DNA of 62,986 nucleotides, filler included, from Reticulomyxa filosa (GCA_000512085.1; 17 parts of 17 records of this genome joined end to end with filler, not necessarily neighbours in it); one strand, 5' to 3'. Positions 25,881-37,725 are shown, counted from the first letter of the whole stretch. Numbers and translations are program-made. The notes: a model not told the origin generated them from the letters alone.

Positions 25881-27635
25881 ATGCAATCCTCCAAAGGCAG
25901 GATCGAAGGCACCCCGATTTCGGTAGATAATTTTGCGCCTTCCATCAATGTAACTCATTACTTCCTGACACATGGCCATACGGACCACACATCAAGCCTG
26001 ACGCCGACATGGAATTACAGTGTGATCTATACTTCAGCGATAACGAAGCGGTTTATCTGTCATAAGTTTAAGATATCGCCACAGTTGTTCATCGAGTTGG
26101 AGATAGGAACAAGATACGTATTTCCGTTTGTATCGAAGGACAAGAAGAAGAAAAAGATGATGATAAAGAAGAAGAAGATGAAGATGAAGAAGAAAGAGCA
26201 TTCAGAAAGCGAGGACGACGATAACGAAGAAGAAGAAAGAGAAGACGATGATGATGATGATGAAGAAGAAGAAGAAGAAGGAGAAGACTTATCAATGTTA
26301 TCATTTGCAGTGACAGCAATCGACGCAAATCATTGCCTGGGCGCAGTGATGTATTTATTCGAAGGATATTTCGGACGAGTGCTTTGCACAGGAGACTGTC
26401 GATATCAAAGAGGAATGTTTGACGGATATAACGTCGTGGACGTGGATAGGCTGTATTTGGACGACACGTACGCGAACACGGCATATTACGACTTTTTGAC
26501 TAGCGACGAGTGCGTGGACGTGATCATGTCGATTTTGCGCAAGCCCGAGAACCGAGACAAGCGCGTGATGATGGCGTTGGACACATTGGGAAAAGAAGAG
26601 CTGTTGATAAGCATGAGCGAGAAATTGAAGACATTGATTGTGGTAACGAAAGAGCGGTTCGAGCAATTGAAAGTGTTGTTTTCCACGCAAGACATTAACA
26701 TGTGTAAGTATTTCACGTGCGACGAGAGACAAGGTTATATCCACGTTGGCACCAAGCGTGACGTGTCGTTGTCTAATTTGGATCGCGTCAATCTCGAATG
26801 TCAACAGAATGCAATACGTTATAATCTCAAGTCACCAATGCATATGCATATGCATATGGATATGGATATGCATATGCATATGCATATGAATACGAATATA
26901 AATACAAATATGGATATGGATATGGATATGATGTATAGTAATGATCACGCTGGATTCATTGGAATCATTTGCACAGGATGGGCTGCCGGACAAAAGATGA
27001 AAAAAGAAGAACCCATTTGCAGTCGCACTGATCATTCGCGCATTTACAAAGTATGCTATTCATTACATTCAAGCTTCAGCGAACTCTGCCAACTTGTCGA
27101 ATTTGTCAAGCCGCGACAGATCATACCCATCACCAATGGACATTTCACGTCTCGTGTTTTTACTCATTTCAAACAGTATATGTCCGCACACAAACCAACG
27201 TCGTACACTGTCCCTCCTCCCATTCAAGACATCCTCTTAGGCAAACGTCCCAAACCTACCATCACTTTACACTATCTTTATCGACCTCTTTGCTCCGACA
27301 CTGCTTCTGCATGTGCGAGTGCATGCTCCAAACCCCTTTCGCTTCTGCGCAGGAAACGCAAGCTCCATCAAATGAACGAGGAGTCGCGCTGCATTCGCTT
27401 TGCGACCGCGCCCAAACTCAAAACACATACTTACGCGTCCTCTTCCTCGCTCTCCTGCCATCCACAAAAAGAGGTCATCGAACTGCTTCATAGCGAAAGT
27501 GAAGACGATCAGGCCTTCAAAACTGAACACAAAAAAAAAAAACGAAAAATTGTTGATGTTTCCGATACTTCCTTCTCTGCCTTGTCTTCTGATGAAGAGT
27601 CCTTCATTGACTCGCTTTTAAATCAAATTGCTTGA
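25881..27635 (+). CDS. DCLRE1B: DNA cross-link repair 1 family metallo-beta-lactamase/beta-CASP nuclease, SNM1B/Apollo-like
   Basis: YFLTHGHTDH (HxHxDH), IDANHCLGAVMYLFEGYFGRVLCTGDCRY, LYLDDTY, LGKEELL, TGWA, YSLHSSFSEL. FEGYFG is Apollo-like. Confidence 0.88.
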   Translation: MQSSKGRIEGTPISVDNFAPSINVTHYFLTHGHTDHTSSLTPTWNYSVIYTSAITKRFICHKFKISPQLFIELEIGTRYVFPFVSKDKKKKKMMIKKKKMKMKKKEHSESEDDDNEEEEREDDDDDDEEEEEEGEDLSMLSFAVTAIDANHCLGAVMYLFEGYFGRVLCTGDCRYQRGMFDGYNVVDVDRLYLDDTYANTAYYDFLTSDECVDVIMSILRKPENRDKRVMMALDTLGKEELLISMSEKLKTLIVVTKERFEQLKVLFSTQDINMCKYFTCDERQGYIHVGTKRDVSLSNLDRVNLECQQNAIRYNLKSPMHMHMHMDMDMHMHMHMNTNINTNMDMDMDMMYSNDHAGFIGIICTGWAAGQKMKKEEPICSRTDHSRIYKVCYSLHSSFSELCQLVEFVKPRQIIPITNGHFTSRVFTHFKQYMSAHKPTSYTVPPPIQDILLGKRPKPTITLHYLYRPLCSDTASACASACSKPLSLLRRKRKLHQMNEESRCIRFATAPKLKTHTYASSSSLSCHPQKEVIELLHSESEDDQAFKTEHKKKKRKIVDVSDTSFSALSSDEESFIDSLLNQIA

Positions 27636-28174
27636 TAGCTTTCGATAAGAGAAAAAGAGAGAGAGAGCGAGAGAAGAGAAAAAAAAAAAAAAAAAAAAAG
27701 AGTTGTTTGCAAGTTCTTTGATTTGTATGTCTTTTACTCAAAACTGCAAACGAATAATTAAAAACAAAACAAAAAAAAAAACAACTATGCTCTCCTCTCT
27801 CTCTCATCATCTTAATATTAATACAAAAAATTCTTTCATTTTCCTTTTTTTTGCATTGTCTTGTTTTTGTTTCAATTTTAATGTTACGAGATGTCATCGC
27901 TGGATATAGTCCAATCGGCCATTAGTCGCACAGTGATGGCGAGCGATATGTTGCTTTATAATTAATATTGTATATAACACAGCCTGGGCATGTCACGTCA
28001 CATCCCAAAGCTGCTCAAAAATTTGTATTCTCATTTTTGAGAAAATAATGCGCGATAAAGCGAAAATACGATTTATCATGGCTTTGGTGCGGATCAATAG
28101 TTATTGGGCCTTAAGGGATTTTCAAAAGTAGAAAATTTTTATGGTTTATTGAACCAAAAAAGTATCCCCTCATA

Positions 28175-28322
28175 ATGTCCCAGGCACCATCAACGTCTGC
28201 AAATAAAAAAGGATATCCAGTAACCTTGTTTGTATATGATTTAAGTGGAGGTTTGGCGAAGGTCTATTCTCAAGCCTTTGCTCAGTCGCTTGGCAAAACA
28301 ATTGACGGAGTATGGCACACAT
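28175..28322 (+). CDS. DESI1: Exon 1 of a PPPDE/DeSI desumoylating isopeptidase (rest beyond the contig end; not in the ORF track)
   Basis: MSQ...YPVTLFVYDLSGGLAKVYSQAFAQSLGKTIDGVWHT followed by a GT donor. VxLxVYDLS..G.A and IDGxWHT are DeSI1 signatures. Confidence 0.85.
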
Positions 28323-28659
28323 GTTGAGTCTATCAATTTATAATCCAATGTTTATTTTGCGCCCTTGCCTCCTTCAATCCCCTGCTGGAAATGAGGAGAG
28401 GAGGTCTTATCATTGGAATTTTTTTTTTNNNNNNNNNNNNNNNNNNNNNNNNNNNNNNNNNNNNNNNNNNNNTTAATTAATTAANNNNNNNNNNNNNNNN
28501 NNNNNNNNNNNNNNNNNNNNNNNNNNNNAAAAAAAAAAAAATTGGAGAGGGTACAAAAAATTATCATCTTACTTTCTCAAATAAAAAAGAACCAATGAAG
28601 TGAAGGATCAATTAACAAAAAAAAAAAAAAAAAAAAAGTGTTTGTTCCATTTTGTCGTT

Positions 28660-29610
28660 TCGAAATAATGTTCGACAACAACCCGGTAAACCGAGAGGCG
28701 TACGATTGGCTGGCATTGTCGGTGTTGGTCCACGAGACGTTGTTGATCCCACGTTTTTGGTTTTTGTATTATGATTGGCAGTTGGGAAAGGATTTGAACA
28801 AACTGGCGTGGAAGCAGCAGCTGTATTTGGGCCGATTACGAGTACGCGAAATGGGTAAAGACGACGTAGCACAAAACAGGCAGCCATTGTTTATACCTAG
28901 TCACAACAGTACTAGCCTTGGTCTCAATCCTACACGTAGTAACACAAATACAACAGCAATAGCAATAGCAACAGCAAATACAAGCAAAAATTTTGAGATT
29001 GCAACGAGCATTGAACTTGAGCCCAAATCTGAGATCGAGCCTGAGCCTGAGCCTGAGCCTGAGCCCAAGACCGAGGTCGAAATTAATGTCGATGTTGATG
29101 TTGTTGAAGTTGAAGTTGAAGCTGGACTAAATGCGTTGGAAAAAGAAAATGTGATCGCCATCTCCGAAATACCGTCCCCATCAGAACTGCCACCCCTTTC
29201 CCTCTTAGTAGCAACGACGATGACGATGACACTAGAGACAGCAACCGCGGATACGTATCACAGTGCGAGACACGGGAAGGTTCTTGCGAGACCTGATGCA
29301 AGCAGCATACGCTGCAGCAGTAGCGGTAGTGGAAGTAGTGGTGTTGGCGAAAGTGAAAATGGGAGTGACACCACGCGGTGGACATTGCGCTATCGCAAAT
29401 ACTTGGGAAACACACGTTTCATGCTTTTCGTGCTTGCACTGTACTTTATCACTTTTTTAGGCGTTGCTGCGATCTTGCAGTTTTTCGTAGACTACCACGA
29501 CACGAGCGTGCTCGCCAGTTTGTATGCAAGTTTCACCAGCATAGTCATTTTGGTATGTGGGTCCAAGATCACGAGATGCCATGACCTGTTTGAAATTCAA
29601 AGTTATTATT
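28660..29610 (+). CDS. Internal exon of a multi-pass membrane protein with a large disordered loop (possibly 7TM-RGS-like)
   Basis: TM segments flank a PE-repeat, acidic, Ser-rich loop: RFWFLYYD...W...RWTLRYRKYLGN...HDLFEI. Family assignment is tentative. Confidence 0.45.
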
Positions 29611-29804
29611 ATTATTTATACATACAAAAATAAAATACAATGATTTGACTTTTTTTTTTTTTTTTACAAAAAAAAAAAAAAAAAAAAAAAAANNNNNNNN
29701 NNNNNNNNNNNNNNNNNNNNNNNNNNNNNNNNNNNNTTAATTAATTAANNNNNNNNNNNNNNNNNNNNNNNNNNNNNNNNNNNNNNNNNNNNTTTTTTTA
29801 AAAA

Positions 29805-29835
<31 letters not shown>

Positions 29836-29836
29836 A

Positions 29837-30794
29837 GTGCAAACATTCACTTTTACGTTATGCGCGTTTTTTGAATTACTGCTGAGTGGAGAAGCGGGCG
29901 GAGTGTTATCACCTCGCGCTCCATTTCGCAACTATCTGACGCTGTCAGTATTAACGGTTGGTGGGATGTATACAACAAATTGGGGATTGCAATACTTGTC
30001 ATACACAACTCGGATAATATTCAAAGCAGCCAAGCCAGTGCCTACAATGTTGCTTGAATGGCTGTATGTCGGCAAACGATTTTCGCGAGTGGAAGTGTTC
30101 AATGTTGCAATTTTGACATTTGGCATTACAATGTTTAGCTGTGGCGAAGCCAGAGATGCACCCACGTTCCATTTCTATGGAGTTGTATTGATGGTTTTGG
30201 GGATATTTTTCGATTCCTGGACGTCCAATTACGAAAAGAAAGATGTCTTCAGTTATAACGCTTCCCATTGCGAGGCCATGTTCTTTGCCTCTTTGCTGGG
30301 CACACTTTGGACCGTTGGCACTTTGGTTTTGACTGATTTCAACATGTTGTTTGATGCCATATATTTTTGTACCCAGCAACCATTGGTAATGTGCAATGTT
30401 TTTTTTTTAATCAACATAACAAATAAATAAATATATAAATGTATATATGTATATATATATATATACATATATTGTGTAGGTGTTGTTTTGGTTGGCTGTG
30501 TCGTCCATTGGCGGTTATTTGTCGGTTACCTTTGCTTTGCTCTTAATTAAACTGTTCTCAGCCACTTACGCGGAATGCGTTAAAGGCTTACGTAAAGTCA
30601 TTTCAGTTATCGTTTCTTATGTACTGTTTGGTGCTAACAAACCTTTTGGAGATTTGCATTGGTATGGCATGTTTTGCTTCGTCTTCTCCTGTGTCTTGTC
30701 CATTTATGAATCCTATCATATGGACAAAATCAGACAGCAATTGAAGTCTCATTCTAATACCAAACACATTGATAACAAAGGTAAAGCGAAGTGA
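29837..30794 (+). CDS. UAA-family nucleotide-sugar/PAPS transporter (SLC35B3-like), 5' truncated; intron 30386-30479
   Basis: APFRNYLTLSVLTVGGMYTTNWGLQYLSYTTRIIFKAAKPVPTM, GVVLMVLGIFFDSWTSNYEK, GYLSVTFALLLIKLFSA...LRKVISVIVSYVLF..KP. Confidence 0.85.
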
Positions 30795-32289
30795 GATGTT
30801 CTCTGACCATTTTGTCAGTCCGTTTTCAACCTCTTGTCTCCCTTCCTTTTTTTTGGTACTTTCTTTTGAAAAATTAAAAACTAAAATCCTTTTATAACAC
30901 ATCTTTCTGCGGCAAATTTTTTCTTTGTCTTGAAGCGTTTTCCCTTGCTGCTTAATGTAATTTGAACACACAAATTTTCACAATTTTGCTGATCTTCAAG
31001 TCCTATACTTGTTCTTTTGAAAAACTGGAAATTGATGGGTGACCACGCTTTAACACTGCAAAAACACGCTAAAACTATCACAAGACTAACATTTCTTAAA
31101 ATTTATAAAATACAAATGTTAATGAACAAATAATAATAAAATCAATGCCATATTCCAAAAACTTTTCCAAAGTTACAACAAACAAAACTTAATTTTTCCT
31201 CAAAACCAAAAAACTAGGGTCGCAAACCAAAAATTCAAACTTTATAATATTGATGAATAAAAAAAATACCAGCACGTAAAAATGTATAAGTGTGAGTGCA
31301 AGTGCGTGAGTGTAGTGTATTGTGCACTTGTATCTCTATGTGCGAAAAAAACAAAATGTGTAAAAAAAAATTTACCACTTTATAATTATGATAATTGACG
31401 AATTCAACAATATTTTTATAATTTAATGTGCGATTTTAAAAAAAATTTAATTCAAAAATTTAACTTAGTTGCACATTTGTGCTGCCAAAATAAATTTTTG
31501 AATTCTATTTTTTTGTTTTTTAATTTTTTTTTATACAATTGTTTGTAATATTATGTTTTTTAGTAAATTTAGGTTATATATTTTGTGAATATTGAAATTT
31601 TTTGGTTTTTTTTAAATGTAAACATTATGGGGTGTCTACTGTAGATAGCTACACTAAATGTAATACGAAAAGGTTTTACTCGAATTGATATTGATTTTCA
31701 GTAAAATAAGGTAAAGTAAATAACAAAAATGAATAACTCAATAAGTAAAGAAAGAAAGACTAAAACAAGAAGTGAAGAAAGTTTGTGGAGAAGTTTAACA
31801 AAAAGGAAGCTCTTTAGTTCCATAATAGTTCAGCCATGTGTAATAGGGGCTTGCCATACAACATTTATAATTTGATTGTGTCATTATATAGCTTTATTTA
31901 ATGATTATTAATTTGTTTGCTACTATTTATGATAAGTTTTTTGAAATAGTTTTTAAGAAATATTGTTTAAAGTTTGTAAAATAGCATAAATTATTATCAC
32001 AAATATTATTATTTTCAGTATTATTTTGTTATAAATGAAAAAATTTATTTGAAATAAAATAATTTTTCATTTACAGTAGAATTCAAAAAAAGTGTTGGAA
32101 CCGAAAGGGTTTGAATTCCGGGTNNNNNNNNNNNNNNNNNNNNNNNNNNNNNNNNNNNNNNNNNNNNTTAATTAATTAANNNNNNNNNNNNNNNNNNNNN
32201 NNNNNNNNNNNNNNNNNNNNNNNCACATATCCAATCGTATTACACTTATGATATCACAACTCTTCAATTCTTTTTTTATTTTTTTAAAA

Positions 32290-33400
32290 AAAATACCTAA
32301 AGTGTAATGGATGGATTGTTGATTGACATAAGTTCGAATTAAAGTATTCTGCGAATGAGCAAGTGTTGAGAGATTGGAGTGAGGAGAAAGAGCATGATGA
32401 TGGGACATGGTATTTGCAAGTGCGTCCTCCTCAGTGACGATAGAGACTTGGTGCGGCCATCCTCGAGGAACATACAAGATGTCTCCAGGATACAGAAGCA
32501 CATCCATGTAAGGGACCTTGCTGGGCAGATGTTCTTCGGGGTTGAAATTGCGGTCCTCGTTCTTGCCACGAATCTGGCGGAACCCTGGCAATTTCACTTT
32601 CGGCTTCCACAGCGTCCAGCGTTTTACGCCATGAGCTTGGAATACAAACACATCTTGCCGATCTGTGTGGATACGTGTTGACAACAACTTGTCTTCTTTA
32701 CTGAGCTCACCTTCTTCTTCTTCTTCTGGCATCACTATTCTTTCATCCTCCTCTTCTTCTTCATTTCTTTTCTTATTCTTATTCTTTTTGTCCTTTGGTG
32801 CTAATTGTCTTTCTTTTCGTTCTTTGGCACTCCCTGACACGTACACATTTGTGTTTACCGGATATCCAAATGTGTTCATTAGCGCACTTTCGATTTCATG
32901 CACCTGATCAAACAGTACCCCTTTTTTTTTTTTTTTTTATCATCGTCAGCAAAAGTGCATTTTTTCCAATCATTTGTTGATTAAGCACAAAAAAAAACCT
33001 GCTTGATTGAAAACCAATGTAAAGTTTTGGTGTAGCCCCCGCAATAAAAACTCGGGATGTATGCGCGGAGTAGAACCTTTGTCGGCGTAGACGTGGGGGT
33101 TGAAGGTTTGAATAATCTTGTTGGCAAAGAAGTTACTTCGAGATAGATACACATCATTTGTGGCAAGGAATTGCAGCAGCTGGTCAAAAGTTAATGCCGT
33201 GCGATTGAACAATCGCTCCTGAGTGTCGATTCACAACATATTCCATACCATAATTGGTACCACAATTCATCATTCTCATTGCTTGCATTTCCTTCTTCTA
33301 CTTCTTTTTTGTATCCATGCTTTGATTGCTGTTCCCAAGATTCGGTTATATACGCTTGCAATGACTCATTCACTTGCTGATGCATTATGTCTGTATATTT
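32290..33400 (-). CDS. JmjC/cupin_4 (RIOX/NO66-like) 2-oxoglutarate oxygenase, partial, multi-exon
   Basis: FGYPVNTNVYVS, HTDRQDVFVFQAHGVKRWTLW (HxD iron ligands plus Lys), LLYPGDILYVPRGWPHQV (distal His), SIHYTLG. Confidence 0.85.
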
Positions 33401-33500
33401 NNNNNNNNNNNNNNNNNNNNNNNNNNNNNNNNNNNNNNNNNNNNTTAATTAATTAANNNNNNNNNNNNNNNNNNNNNNNNNNNNNNNNNNNNNNNNNNNN

Positions 33501-34405
33501 GAGGAGGAGGAGGAGGAGGAGGAGGAGGAAGACGAAGAAAAAGGGTTGTCGTTGTTCTTCGTGTCTCCCCAACCACTTCCCCAAATGTTGCCATTCGAAC
33601 TGTCACTCTTATTGGAATCATTTTTGCCTTTGTTTCCCCATCCCCAATCTGCTGTTTGTCGCAATACATTTCGTTTTTGACAAAACATAGATTCATTTCA
33701 CACGAGAAAACGGATCACACATACACACACACACACCGGCGGTGGTTCCCCATCCATTATTGCTGCTACCACTACTGCTATCCGTGCCACTCCATGAACT
33801 GCTATTCCCCCATCCGTCATTCGACGGATTAGAACTGCCACTACTGCTGCTCCATGTGCCATTGCCGCTGCCATTGCCGTCGCTGGCATTCGGATTGATG
33901 GGCGACACTCCAAACATGTCTTCAAATCGCAACTGTTCTGGTGATTTGCTCGCAAATTGTTTCTGCGCACAAATGTTTTGGTAGTAATAACGCACTTTGT
34001 CCTGCGTCGTGCACTCGGCCTTAAATGTTATATGTTTTGTACCCAATTTACCTTTCGCTGAAGATGAGTTCCAAGCGTCATTTGGATTATTGCTGCTAGT
34101 CTTGTTACTGTCATTGCTGCCGTTGCCACTCCCCCAATTGCTTCCACCTTTTCACCGTCATCAAATACACACTACTCTTTATATCCCTTTTCTACAAATG
34201 TGCACCATTTTTTTTGGCTCATGCTTTACCATTGTTCCCCCAACTATTCCCATTGCTTGAACTCCAATCATTACCGCTGCTCGAGCCCCAACCTTTTTTG
34301 TTAAAATGCAAGTCACAAACATCGAGCACTTTCAACTTCAAAACAAACCATACCTGAAGTATTGCTACCTGAAGTATTGCTACCCCAATTATTGCTCCAC
34401 GACAT
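33501..34405 (-). CDS. WG/GW-repeat protein with a Nup98-type GLEBS motif, 5' part; exons 34405-34354, 34292-34230, 34147-33737, about 33648-33501
   Basis: Three phase-1 GT-AG introns give one frame: MSWSNNWGSNTSGSNTSGWGSSSGNDWSSSNGNSWGNNGGSNWGSG...GTKHITFKAECTTQDKVRYYYQNICAQKQFASKSPEQLRFEDM...DGWGN...NGWGTTADWGWG...IWGSGWG. Confidence 0.75.
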
Positions 34406-35247
34406 TATTATTAATTCACAACTAAAAAAAAAGCTTGAGGCACTTCAAAAAACTAACAACAAAATAGTCACAATTTATTTCATTGGCAACAAAATCAGAA
34501 ACAAAATGGATCATATTAAATTATGCTTTTATTGCGTTGAAAAAGAAATAATAGAATGTAAAAAAAAAATATTAACACCTCGATCAAAAAAGATTACATC
34601 TGATAATCAGCTGTTGCGAATGGTCGTCGTTTTCATGAAATTAAAGGATTAACTATCAATTAAATGTTTAAGAAGATTTTGAATATGTTGTATTTTCTAA
34701 AAATCATTTAAAAAACCACTAAAAGTATAAAATTTTGAAAAAAAAGTAGTTTACGTTCATAGAGTTTTACCTCGGCATGCAGCTTGCTCGACAGTGTCTA
34801 TAGCAAAGTAAATTACAAAAATTTTTTTTGGTGGTGTTCTTCTTTTGTTTTAGGTCATGTTATGTTATTTTAAAAAATTAAGACAAATGTCAAAATTGTC
34901 AACGGCGCAAAACTTAAGCACATGATCAGCAAAGCACTTCCAACACTTTGAAAACGTACTAATTTTTTTTGGGCGTAAGAAATAACAAACTACTTCCAAA
35001 AAAATGTTTTGATGTCTTTTTCGTTTATTTTTATTTTGCTTCGATATAAGATAATTGCCTTTTTACTCAAGAAACAAGCAACTTTGTTCTATACAATTCA
35101 GAATTACTGACTACAAAAGTCAAATAGTGCAAACGTCAATGATACTTGAAAAAAGATTTTCATGATTTTGCGCTCTTCTTTCATTCTTTTTTTGTTATTC
35201 GTGTTGCACTTTGATACTTTAAACATTATCAATGACTATATTAAAAC

Positions 35248-37725
35248 ATGAAATGTTGTATTCGCTTTTTCATAAATAGTTTGATTTTATTTTCGTTTCA
35301 TGCAAATATACTTGGCTTCACTTGTACTAAAAAAACAAATTTTCCACTTTCCTTCGATCATGTCTGTATATTCTTTCCCTTTGCCGGAACAGATACATGT
35401 TACATTTGGTTCTCAGCCTCATTCTTTAGTGATTTCTTGGATAACAGTCTTCCAAGACCATAGTGAAATGATGCTTCACGAACTGAACGTGATATCAATT
35501 GTTCGATACGGATATTCTTCAACACATTTGCCATATATAATATCAAGTACAGATCCACCAAAACTCTTTGACGAACTAGTTTCAATTTCAAGACTTTCGC
35601 ATAGTGTGGAAATTCGTCATCTCAGGCCAAGTAGGCATCAATATTAGTTACAGGGGAAAAATTGCGACAACTTATAGTTTGAAAGAGTTTCAAACAAAAG
35701 TTGAAAAGACAGGAGATTTTTTGATCCTCATTAATGACGCTTTTTTTTTTTTTTGTCAATGTGTGATAGAAAAATAGAAAATGACATATATGTATGTATA
35801 ACAAAAACAAAGACACACAACTGTATTATCAATGTGGCCATGCAATTAGCAGTGGAGAGAGTGACACCCCAGTGGAAATCTTCCATCCAGCTGTGTACGT
35901 GGCCAACATCCCACGCCTTTCGCATTTCTTTGCAAATGCATCGCCGAGACAAACGGGAGAGAGAACGAAGCAGCCTCCCTATGCCCAAGGCAGAGTGTCT
36001 CCGACATCGCAACCAGCCCCGATTGAATGGGTGCACTTTGGAGACTTTTCGACGAATACAACAAATGCTAAAGTGTACGCTGGGGATTGCCTGCAGGCAC
36101 TGAAGAACATAGTATTAAAGCACTCTCGTCATCAACGTCCGATTAATTTTGTCATCCACAATGGAGACATTGCATACAATTTGAACTGGGAAAATGGATG
36201 CGTGGGAGATCGCTTTCTACGCGATATTGAGCCGATTGCTTCGTACGTACCTTATCTGACGATTCCTGGGGATCATGAGATCGTCAACAAAAGGATGTAT
36301 CACCAACGTGCCAGCTACTCGCATTACCTGCATCGCTTCAATGGAGTATCGTATTTAAGTCGAGCCAGTTCGTCTACTAACCCGTTGTGGTACAGGTTCA
36401 TTTTTTTTTTTAAATAGACCGGTCTCCTTTTTTTTTTTTTTGCGCAACGTTTTCTCTAATGAATGTTTGCATCTGTGATTTTTGCGATACCGGGCATGGA
36501 GTGGGGGCAATTTATGTTGTTTTGAATAGCTTTAATTATGGAAATATCCACTTTATTATGTTGCATTCGGATCCATTTTTATTTGCCATGGTTGGGAGCT
36601 ATCAAATGGAAAGCGACTTGACGGAGGAATGGGATTGGCTGATTCGAGACCTGCGTGATGTCGATCGAAGTATCACTCCCTGGGTTATTGTCTATGGACA
36701 TCGGCCATTCTATTGTAGCTCCAATCCGATGAAGCCGTCTATTTTGGGTCAGTTTTAACAGAGATGTTTTTTTTTAAAAACAAATTTTTTTTTGGTTGAT
36801 ATTTTTTGGTTGATATTTTTTGGAATCAGGGGGCATTATTTACGATTGGGGTTGCATTGTCGAGGTAGAAGGACTTCGTGGACTGCGACATGGACGCAAT
36901 CTAGAACAGCTGTTGCACGATTTTGGTGTTGGTGGGTTAAGACATGCAACCAATCTGTCACTTATACTCACTCATGTCTCATTGTATGCATGTACGTGTG
37001 TGTGCAGACTTGTACATTGCTGGGCATGTCCATGCGTATGAACGCACCTGGCCAGTATATCGGAACACAGTGACACAGCGCAATTACGACAATCCACTTT
37101 CCACAGTCCATGTGACCAATGGTAACGCCGGAACAATGAACAACGCCGATACATTGTCATGGTTGAAACCACACTTCACGGCACACAGAATTGACGGATC
37201 CGATCAAACCTCAGTCCATTTTGCACATTTAATTGTTCACAATGATACAAGGCTAACATACAATGTTTGGGACAAACATAACCGACTACTAGATACATTT
37301 GATATTTACCAAAGTGCTCATGGACCATTCACCAATCATCCACTTTATGTGGAACAACGTCTGTGGATCCCTTTTTGGATGAGGTCCAATTTAGCTATTT
37401 TGGTGGCCTCGTTTTTATCATTGCTTGCATTATTTTGCTTTTATTCTATGCTTTGTGTCGAATTAAATTTTGTAAATTGCGCCTCAGAAAATGGATCAAA
37501 AAATATAGATATCATTACATACATCCGGACATTCTATCAGTTCACAATTGTCACGATCAATATCGATCTTTCCCATCTACATGGAATAAATTGCAAATCG
37601 AATGGTCATTATCTTTTTTGAAGTCCTATCGAAAAAGACAGTATCATAATTACGATATGAACTTGCGACTGGTAAAGAAAATTCCCATCGAAAAACAGTT
37701 CAAGGAAAATATCGACTTAGTTTGA
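35248..37725 (+). CDS. Purple acid phosphatase (ACP7-like) with FN3 N-terminal domain and C-terminal TM anchor, multi-exon
   Basis: PEQIHVTFG...VISWIT...VRYG (PAP N-domain), HFGDFS, IHNGDIAY, IPGDHE, WY|SFNYGNIHFIML, TPWVIVYGHRPFYCS, AGHVHAYERTWPVY, VHVTNGNAG. Confidence 0.88.

Noticed and set aside
32090-32123. tRNA-like 3' fragment on the minus strand (TTCAAA...CCA)
   Set aside because: No convincing T-stem or acceptor pairing, and cut by the contig end.
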